From Clostridia bacterium (GTDB lineage Bacteria > Bacillota > Clostridia > TANB77 > CAG-508), in the NCBI GenBank assembly GCA_017625035.1, contig JAGALX010000027.1, positions 1,459 to 65,458 on the forward strand: a DNA stretch of 64,000 nt, written 5' to 3'. The translations under genes were made by a program, and so were the position numbers. This document shows positions 49,883-59,800 of the stretch, piece after piece. Numbering within the stretch: position 1 is the first letter of the stretch; the number at the start of each line of letters is the position of its first letter. Under the pieces are notes generated by a model. That model did no database searches. It was not told the DNA's origin and was given only the letters and a program-made list of their open reading frames with translations.

Positions 49883-50989
49883 ATGAAAAATAAAATCCTT
49901 AAAAATATGGAATGGTCAGTAGTAGTTTGTGTAATTCTATTAACTATAATAGGATGTATTGAATTATATTCTGTTACTGAAAGTTCCGGGTATACAGAGC
50001 TAAAAAAACAATTATTGTGGTTTTCAATAAGTATACCAATAACCATAGCAATAATAACAATAGATTACAATATTATTGCAAAAATCTCACCAATATTATA
50101 TATAATTATGTTCCTATTATTAATAGGTGTATTATTCACAGATCCAATAAATGGTGCAACTAGTTGGTACAATATTGGATCTATATCTTTTCAACCTTCA
50201 GAATTTGCAAAAATATGTGTAATATTAAGTCTTTCTTTGGCGATTGTAAAAGTGCAAAAAAATGAAAAAGAGCAAATAAGTAGACCAATCCAGTTATTAA
50301 AATGTTTACTTGTAGTTATAATACCAGTTTTATTAATTGTTAAGCAACCAGATTATGGAACTGCTATTGCATTTTGTGTAGCTACAGCAATTATTTTAAT
50401 TACATCAGGTATAAACAAAAAATATATAATTACAGCTATAGTACTAACAATAATTGCACTACCATTATTATATTTTTTCGTATTACCAAGTCATGCTAAA
50501 ACAAGAATTGATGTATTTTTAAATCCAAATCTAGACCCAAGAGGATCTGGGTATAATGTGTTACAATCAAAACTAGCAATCGGATCTGGAAAAATGCTAG
50601 GCATGGGAATAAAAAATGGTAGTCAAACACAACTTGGGTATTTATATCCTCAAACAACAGATTTTATATATTCTGCAGTTGGGGAAGAAATGGGATTTAT
50701 AGTAGCAGCATGTATTATAATTTTATATATTGTTCTAATAACAAAAGCTTTGCATATAGCAAAAACGGCTAAAGATGACCTAGGTTCATATATTGCATCT
50801 GGTATAGCAGGAATATTTTTATTTCATATGGTAGAAAATATCGGAATGACTATGGGATTACTTCCTATTACAGGAGTTCCATTACCTTTTGTAAGTTATG
50901 GTGGAAGTTCATTGCTTACAAATTGTATTTTAATAGGGTTATTGTTAAATATTAGTGGAAGAAGAAATAAAACAATGTTTGCTGAGTAA
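49883..50989 (+). CDS. rodA: SEDS peptidoglycan polymerase RodA
   Basis: FQPSEFAK, QPDYGT, QSKLAIGSG, TDFIYS..GEEMG, PITGVPLPFVSYGGSS. Confidence 0.93.
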   Translation: MKNKILKNMEWSVVVCVILLTIIGCIELYSVTESSGYTELKKQLLWFSISIPITIAIITIDYNIIAKISPILYIIMFLLLIGVLFTDPINGATSWYNIGSISFQPSEFAKICVILSLSLAIVKVQKNEKEQISRPIQLLKCLLVVIIPVLLIVKQPDYGTAIAFCVATAIILITSGINKKYIITAIVLTIIALPLLYFFVLPSHAKTRIDVFLNPNLDPRGSGYNVLQSKLAIGSGKMLGMGIKNGSQTQLGYLYPQTTDFIYSAVGEEMGFIVAACIIILYIVLITKALHIAKTAKDDLGSYIASGIAGIFLFHMVENIGMTMGLLPITGVPLPFVSYGGSSLLTNCILIGLLLNISGRRNKTMFAE

Positions 50990-51118
50990 GTAATGTGGTT
51001 TATTAAAATGAAGCAGAAAAACACACATTCATATATAAAAATCCGTATCTTACGGGTTCGATTTAAAGATAAATGTCGGATTAGTTTTAGTTAAATAATA
51101 TAGTAATAGAGGATATAT

Positions 51119-52087
51119 ATGTTTATTAAAGAATTAAATATTGGAAATGTTAAATTAAATAATAATATACTTTTAGCACCTATGGCAGGAATTACAGATA
51201 GAGCTTTCAGAATTATATGTGAAAAATTTGGTCCCGGACTAGTTTGTACAGAAATGATAAGCGGTAAAGGTTTATTTTATGATGATTCAAAAACTAAACA
51301 ATTATTAAATATGTCTGGCGAACAAAGACCAATTGCTGTACAAATATTTGGAAGTGATGTAGAGTCTATGAAATATGCAGCACAATATGTTTCAAAATAT
51401 GCAGATATTGTTGATATAAACATGGGTTGTCCGGCACCAAAAGTTGTAAAAAATGGAGATGGAAGTAAACTATTATTAGATTTACCTAAAGCAAAAGAAA
51501 TAATAGAAGAAGTTGTAAAAAGTTCATCTGTTCCTGTAACTGTTAAATTCAGAAAAGGCTGGGATAATGATAACATAGTAGCAATAAAAATGGCTAAAAT
51601 AGCCGAAAATGCAGGAGCTTCTGCAATAACTATCCATGGTAGAACAAGAGCTGAATTTTATTCTGGGCAAGCCGATTGGGATATTATAAAAAAAGTAAAA
51701 GATAGTGTAAATATTCCAGTAATTGGAAATGGGGATGTAAAAAATGTTGAAGATGCAAAAAAAATGTTTGAAACAACAGGTGTAGATGGAATAATGATTG
51801 GAAGAGCATCTTTAGGAAATCCTTGGATCTTTAAACAGATTATTTATGGTATGCAAAATGAAGAATTTTCTATTTCTAATGCAGAAAAATTAAGCTTAAT
51901 ACTAGAACATCTGAATTTAGCTATTAATGATAAAGGTGACCATGTGGCTTTGATGGAAATGAGAAAGCATATTAGTTGGTATATTAAAAATTCTAAGGAT
52001 GCAAGTAAAATTAGAGATAAAGTTAATCAAATTACTGATAAGGATGAGTTGGTGAAAACTTTAACTGAATACTTTAATATGACATGA
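51119..52087 (+). CDS. dusB: tRNA-dihydrouridine synthase B
   Basis: LAPMAGITD, DINMGCP, IHGRTR, GNGDV, MIGRA. Confidence 0.95.
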   Translation: MFIKELNIGNVKLNNNILLAPMAGITDRAFRIICEKFGPGLVCTEMISGKGLFYDDSKTKQLLNMSGEQRPIAVQIFGSDVESMKYAAQYVSKYADIVDINMGCPAPKVVKNGDGSKLLLDLPKAKEIIEEVVKSSSVPVTVKFRKGWDNDNIVAIKMAKIAENAGASAITIHGRTRAEFYSGQADWDIIKKVKDSVNIPVIGNGDVKNVEDAKKMFETTGVDGIMIGRASLGNPWIFKQIIYGMQNEEFSISNAEKLSLILEHLNLAINDKGDHVALMEMRKHISWYIKNSKDASKIRDKVNQITDKDELVKTLTEYFNMT

Positions 52088-52297
52088 ATATAAATTAGAA
52101 GAATAGATTTTTATCTATTCTTTTTTTGATGCAAAAAGGGAAACAAAGTCATATTTGAGGAATGTTACCAAGAAAGAAGCAAAATCAAGGTATCAGTGGG
52201 GAAAATGTATATTATTTGATATTCGCCCCAACTGCATAAGAAAATGTTGTTCCCTTTTGGCAATTTCAATTAATAAAAATGTAAAGGGAGTGTGTGC

Positions 52298-52912
52298 ATG
52301 AACAAAAAAATAATTTGTATTAGTGCAATAGTTATTATTTTTATGATTATTATTTTTTTTATAAAATTTAATTATAAAAAAATTAATTTTGGTAATAATG
52401 AAAGTAACAAAAGTGCTGATGAAGTTAAAGATTATATTTTAAATATTAATTCGTATACTGCCGAAATTGAAGTAACAATTAATAGTAACAAAAATACTAA
52501 TAAATATGTATTAAAACAAGAATATGTTTCTGGAAATATGGAAAAACAAACTGTTCTAAAACCTGAAAATATTGAAGGTGTAGAAATTTGTTATAAGGAT
52601 GGAAATGTAGAAATTAGTAATTCAAAATTAAATTTAAGTAAAATATATAATAATTATCAATATTTATCAGATAACGTATTATGGCTAAATTCTTTTGCAG
52701 AAAATTGCAAAAACAATTTAGAAAATGTAAGTATGTATGAAGAAAATGAATATGTAGTAATAGAACTTAATTTGAATAGTAATAAATATCTTGCAAATAG
52801 AAAGTTATATTTGGAGAAAGGGACTGGAAAACCTAAAAAAATGATAGTACAAGATGATAACAAAAAAGATGTAATTTACATATTATATAAAGAGATAGAG
52901 TTAAATAAGTAA
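52298..52912 (+). CDS. LolA-fold/GerS-like membrane-anchored protein
   Basis: N-terminal TM; SYTAEIEVTINSNKNTNKY..KQEY...LKPENIEG. Confidence 0.6.
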   Translation: MNKKIICISAIVIIFMIIIFFIKFNYKKINFGNNESNKSADEVKDYILNINSYTAEIEVTINSNKNTNKYVLKQEYVSGNMEKQTVLKPENIEGVEICYKDGNVEISNSKLNLSKIYNNYQYLSDNVLWLNSFAENCKNNLENVSMYEENEYVVIELNLNSNKYLANRKLYLEKGTGKPKKMIVQDDNKKDVIYILYKEIELNK

Positions 52913-53084
52913 AAAAATATAACATATTGAATAAAAGATAAGAAAAAATGACAGATAAAATAAATGAAAAATAATTTTTTTACTAATAAAAAGTTAAATA
53001 AAAAACAATTTGATAACAAACTCTATCTATATACGAATAGAAATATATGAGCACTTTAATATTGAAATATTGGGAGTGAATTAT

Positions 53085-53429
53085 ATGGTAATTAAAAGAG
53101 GCGATATGTTTTATGCAGATTTAAGTCCTGTTGTAGGTTCTGAACAAGGAGGAATTAGACCTGTATTAATAATACAAAATGATATAGGAAATATGCACAG
53201 TCCGACAGTTATAGCAGCAGCAATAACTTCTCAAAGAGGTAAAAATAAATTACCAACACATATTGAAATAAATTCTAAAGAAAATGGATTGAAAGCAGAT
53301 TCAATAGTACTTGCTGAACAAATTAGAACAATTGATAAAAGTAGATTAAAAGAAAAAATAGGTCATGTTGATGATGAGAAGGTTATGCTAAAAATAAACA
53401 ATGCATTAGGTGTGAGTTTTGGTTTATAA
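53085..53429 (+). CDS. mazF: MazF/PemK endoribonuclease toxin (EndoA)
   Basis: [49 protein letters not shown]. Confidence 0.95.
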   Translation: MVIKRGDMFYADLSPVVGSEQGGIRPVLIIQNDIGNMHSPTVIAAAITSQRGKNKLPTHIEINSKENGLKADSIVLAEQIRTIDKSRLKEKIGHVDDEKVMLKINNALGVSFGL

Positions 53430-53616
53430 TGATAATATAAAATGAATTATTTAGATGAAAAATACCAATTAATTAAAATAATTTTATAATAACATTAAAA
53501 ATTTATAGTACAGAGTATTTCTAAAAAAAAGAGATATTCTGTATTTTTTAAAATTGTTAAAATACGGATAAAATAATGATAAAATTATAATAAAATATCG
53601 AAGGAGTGATGAAATT

Positions 53617-53789
53617 ATGATTAATATTAGACCAGTATCAGATTTAAGAAACAAATATCCAGAAATAGAAGCAATACATATTACAGAATTTATATAAAAA
53701 ATTATGTGGTGTTTTATATTTTGAGAAACAATACCATGGAAATAACAAGAATTTTATATTCAAGAAGAAACTTTAAAAAATTAATATAA
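53617..53789 (+). pseudogene. deleted Phd/YefM-ParE/RelE toxin-antitoxin remnant
   Basis: MINIRPVSDLRNKYPEIE (Phd N-terminus) joined out of frame to YRIYIKNYVVFYI...EITRILYSRRN (RelE/ParE C-terminus). Confidence 0.7.
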
Positions 53790-53885
53790 AATTTAAGATT
53801 ATACAAAAATTTTCAATAAAAAAGTATATAAATTTCCACTATTGGAGAAAATATGTGAAAACATATTTACAAGGAGTGGAATTTT

Positions 53886-56800
53886 TTGAAAAGTAAATAC
53901 AAAATTTTAAAAATTGGTGGCGCTCTTTTAGATAGTTATCAATTAGAAAATTATCTACAAAAATTAGCCGCTGATCAAATTTTAAAATCAAAATCAGATA
54001 AAATAACATATCCAATTCCCAGAGTTAAGGAAAATTTAAAGTTTATATCAGATGTATATAATTTTTTGAATGAAGATTTAAAAAATAAAATACCAATACA
54101 TCCTGCTGGAGAGTGGATTTTAGATAATTTTTATATAATAGAAAAAAATGCCAAAATGATAATAAAAGATTTAAACATAAAAAAATATGTTAATTTTGTT
54201 GGAATTGCAAACGGGCCAAATAAAGGATTTGCACGAGTATATGTTTTAGCAAAAGAAATTATTTCATATACAGATGGAAAAATTAATGGTGAAAATTTGG
54301 AGCAATATTTGCGAGCATATCAAAATAAAAAAACTTTAAGCATGGAAGAGCTATGGAGTATTGGAACTTTCCTTCAAATTTCTTTAATAGAAAAAATAAG
54401 AATTATTTGCGAAAAAATATATTTATCACAAATGCAAAAACGTAAAGTTGAAAATATAGTATCAAGATTAGTAGAATTCAACAATAATCCAGTTTTTAAG
54501 GCACCTGCAGTTTATAATTTAAAAATAGAGGAAAGTGTAGAATCTAAATATCCTTTTATAGAATATATGTCATATAGATTAAAAAAATATGGAAAAAAAG
54601 CATATAGTTATTTGGAAATTTTAGAAGAGCAAGTTAATAAAATGGGAAGCACTATTTTAGATTGCATAAATAGAGAGCATTTTGATATCGCTGCAAAAAA
54701 GATTTCTGTTGGAAATGCTATAATGTGTATAAATGCACTAAATAGACTGAATTTTGTAGAAATATTTAATAATATTAATGGTGTAGAAGAAGTATTAAAA
54801 CAAGATCCTGCAAAAATATATGATAAAATGGATTATAAAACTAAAGAATATTATAGAAGTGTAATTGAAAAAATGTCTAAAAAAACAAAAATATCAGAAT
54901 TATATATAGCACAAAAATGCTTAGAGCTTGCTGAAAATGAATGCAAAAAAAATGGCACAGAAAGTAAAAAATCACATGTTGGATATTATTTAATTTATGA
55001 TGGAAAAAATGAGCTCTATGCTTGTTTATTAAATAAAAAAAATAAATGTACTAACAAAAAAATTAAAGCTAAATTTTATATTGAGGGAATATCTATATTA
55101 TCAATAATATTATCTTGCATAATTGGGTGGTATTTAAATATAAAAATAAATCAGTTTTTTATTCCATTTTTAATTTTTTTACTTTTAATTATTCCTTTAA
55201 AAAATATAATTATAAAAATAATTCAATATATTTCAGGAAAAATAGTTAAACCAAAATTAATTCCAAAATTAGATTTTTATAATGGAATACCTGAGGAATA
55301 TTCTACTATGGTTGTTATACCAACTATTGTTAAAAACAAAGAAAAAGTAGAAGAAATTATGAAAAAATTAGAAGTTTTTTATATGGCTAATAAAAGTGAA
55401 AATATATATTTTACTTTACTTGGAGATTGTAGCAGTTCAAAAAAAGAAAATGAAGAATTTGATGATGAAGTTATTAAATCTGGAACTGAGTTATGTGAAA
55501 AGTTAAATAACAAATATCCAGATGAAAAGTATCCAAAATTTAATTTTATATACAGAAAAAGAACTTGGAATAATTCAGAAAATTGTTATTTAGGTTGGGA
55601 AAGAAAAAGAGGTTTATTAACTCAATTCAATGAGTATATTTTAGGCAATTCAAATAATTGTTTTGCAGCTAATACTTTTGAAACTGCCAAAACAGAAAAT
55701 AAAAAAATACCAAATATAAAATATATTATAACTCTAGATTCTGATACAAATTTAGTTTTAAATACAGGATTAGAGCTAATAGGAGCAATGGCTCATATAT
55801 TAAACAGACCTGTTTTAAACGAAAATAAAACACTAGTTATAGATGGATATGGAATTATGCAACCTAGAGTTGGAATAGGATTATTAGAAGCAAGAAAAAG
55901 CATTTTTACAAAAATATTTTCTGGTTTAGCTGGAACGGATTCATATACAAATGCTATTTCAGACTTTTATTATGATAATTTTGCAGAAGGAATATTTACA
56001 GGAAAAGGAATATATGATTTGCAAATTTTTTCAGAAGTATTAAAAGGCGAAATACCAGAAAATACAGTATTAAGCCATGACTTACTAGAAGGATGTTATG
56101 TAAGATGTGGTTTAGCATCAGATATTGTTTTAATGGATGGATATCCATCTTCATATAATGCATATAAAACTAGACTTCATAGATGGATAAGAGGAGATTA
56201 TCAAATTTTATCATGGATTTTAAAAGATAGATTAAATATATTATCTAAATATAAAATTATTGATAATATAAATAGAAGTCTTTCTGAAATTTGTGTGGTT
56301 TTATTATTATTTGTAAATTTATTAATACAAAGTAAAACAGTTACAACTTTAGCTATAGTTTCAATAATAATTCCATATATTTTAGATTTTATAAATAAGG
56401 TTTTATATAAAAAGAATGGTGAGTTTAATCAAAAAAAATATTCGAAAGAAATAAATGGAATAGGTGCTATAATATTAAAAATTATAATTGATATTTCACT
56501 TATACCAGATAAAGCATTTTTATCAATAAGTGCTGGAGTAAAATCTTTATATCGAATTATTAAATCTAAAAAGCACTTATTAGAATGGACAACGGCAGAA
56601 GAGGCTGAAAAGTTATCAAAAAGTGGAGTACTTCCATATTATTTAAATATGGTTCCAAACATAATTTTAGGGGCTGGTATTTTTACAGGGGGCTGGTATA
56701 TAAATAATATTTTATATATGTTAATAGGAATTTTGTGGCTAATATCTCCTATTATAATGAATTATATAAGTAAACCAATTACCGAAAAAAATAAATATGA

Positions 56801-59800
56801 AGAATTAAATAAGGAAGATCAAAAATATATTTTAGAAGTAGGTAGTAGAACTTGGAAATTTTTTAAAGAAACTATAACAGAAGAAGGAAATTTTTTACCA
56901 CCAGATAATTATCAAGAAAATAGAAAACAAAAAGTTGTATTTAGAACATCATCTACCAATATTGGTTTAGGTTTGTTAAGTGTTGTTGCAAGTTATGATT
57001 TAGGATATGAAGATAAAGAAAATACTATTAATTTATTAGAAAAAATGATACGAACTATTGAAAAATTACAAAAATGGAATGGGCATTTATATAATTGGTA
57101 TAATACCAAAACTTTAGAGCCACTAATTCCTAGATATATTTCATCCGTGGATAGTGGAAATTTTGTGGGATATTTATATGTTTTAAAACAATTTTTAATA
57201 AAAGAAAATGATAATGATGAAAAATTTAAACCGCTTATAAATTCAGTTGATAATATAATAAATAATACAGATTTTTCAAAATTATTTGACGAAAAAAATG
57301 GATTATTTTCTATAGGATACAATATTGAAGATAATAAAATGACAGATTCTTATTATGATTTACTAGCATCTGAAGCAAGACAAACTAGTTTAGTAGCTAT
57401 TGCAAAAAAAGATGTTTCCGCAAAACATTGGAAAAATTTAAGTAGAACACTTACTATATTAAATAAATATAAAGGTCTAATATCTTGGTCTGGAACAGCT
57501 TTTGAGTATTTAATGCCATCAATAAATATTAAAAGATATCCAAATAGTTTATTAGACGAATCTTGTAAATTTTTAATAATGAGTCAAATTGAATATGCAA
57601 AAAAATTAGGAATAACATGGGGAATATCAGAATCTGCATTCAATTTAAAAGATTTTAATGGAAATTATCAGTATAAAGCTTTTGGAATTCCATGGCTTGG
57701 GCTAAAAAGAGGACTAGCAGATGAAATGGTTGTATCATCATATGGAACAATACTTGCTATAAATGATATTCCTACACAAGTAATAAAAAACCTCAAAGTA
57801 CTACAAGAAAGTGGTATGTATGATAAATATGGATTTTATGAATCTATTGATTATACACCTAGCAGAGTTGAAAAAGGAAAAAACTTTTCGGTTGTAAAAA
57901 CTTATATGGCACATCATCAAGGTTTAATACTTCTTTCAATAGATAATTTGGTAAAAAATAATATTTTTCAAGATAGATTTTTCGAAAATCCAGAAATTGA
58001 GGCAGTTGATATATTATTACAAGAACGTATGCCAGATAATGTTATAATTACTAAAGAGAAAAAAGAAAAAGTAGAAAAAATTAAATATATTGATTATGAT
58101 TATTATGCAGAGCGTATTTTTGATAAGAAAAATGAAGATATTAATGAATTTAATTTAATATCAAATAATGATTATAGTATTTTAATAGATAAAAATGGAA
58201 ATGGATATAGTAAATATAAAAATAAAATAATAAATAGATATAAAGAAACAGATGATAATAACCAAGGAATTTATTTCTTTATAAAAAATATTAAATCTAA
58301 AAAAATATGGTCTTCTGCAAATTTAAATTATTTAGATAAATCAGAAAAATATACCACAAGTTTTTTCCCAGACAAAAGCAAGTTTTCAAGAGTTGATGAA
58401 AATATAAAAACTACTGTATCTGTAGTAATTGCACCAGAGGATCCAGTAGAAATTAGAAAAATAGATTTAAAAAATATTGGAAATGAAGATGAAATATTAG
58501 AAGTATCTAGCATCATAGAACCAGTAATATCAAGTGCTTCACAAGACCATGCGCATAAAGCATTCAATAACTTATTTTTATCATTTGAAATACAAGATGG
58601 AATTATTATTGCAAAAAGGAAATTTAGGGATGACAGCGAAAATGACTTATATTTAGCAGTAGGATTATATTCTGAAGATTCAATAACAGGAGAGATGGAA
58701 TATGAATTAGATAGAAAAAATTTATATGGAAGGCAGAATTTTGGAATTCCAAATTTAATAAAAAATTCTAAACCATTTAGCAAAAAAGTTGAAAGTACTA
58801 CTAATCCCATAATTGCATATAGAAGCTCAATAGAAGTAAAATCAAATAAAAATAGTAGTTTGAGTTTAATAATTAGTGCTTCAGAAAATAAAGAAGAAGT
58901 TATTCAAAATGTAAAAAAATATATGAATTGTGAAAATATAGAAAGAGCAATAAATTTATCTAGAGCACAAATTGAAGCTAAAATACAATATTTGGGAATT
59001 CATGGGAAAGATGTAAGTTTATATCAAAGAATTTTATCACATATGCTAATAAAATGTGGAAACAAAGATTTAAAAATAGATGAAAACATGATTTATAAAA
59101 CATCTGAACTATGGAAATTTGGAATTTCTGGTGATAATTTAATATTATTAGCAACTGTAAAAGATATTGCAGAAATTGAAATTGTAGAAAATTTAGTAAA
59201 AGCATTTGAATATTATAAAATACAAAATATGCCTGTAGATTTAGTAATTATTAACGAAGAAAAAGAATCTTATGAAAATTATGTAAAAGATGCCATTAGT
59301 GAAATCATAGGAAATCACAATTTATTAAATATAAATTCAAATGGAAAAATATTTGTTTTAAATAATATTAGTAAACAAGATAAAGAATTATTAAAAATAA
59401 GAGCTAATTTAATGTTACTCGGAAGTTATGGAAAAATAGGATTACAGCTTGATGAATATGATTATGAATATAGTAAAACTTTAAAAAATATTAAATATCA
59501 AAAGAAAAATAATTACTCTGACAACATAATATCAGCAAATAATAATTCAAATAATAAGATTAATTTCGAAGGTTTAAAATATTTTAATGAATATGGCGGA
59601 TTTTCTAATGATGGAAAAGAATATATTATAAATGTTAATAAAAATGAGAAATTGCCATTAGCATGGAGCCATATTTTAGCAAATAAAAAATTTGGGACCG
59701 TACTAACTGATGGAATGGGAGGATATACTTGGTATAAAAATTCAAGATTAAATAGAATAACTTCATGGAGCAATGACCCAGTACAAGATTCTCAATCAGA

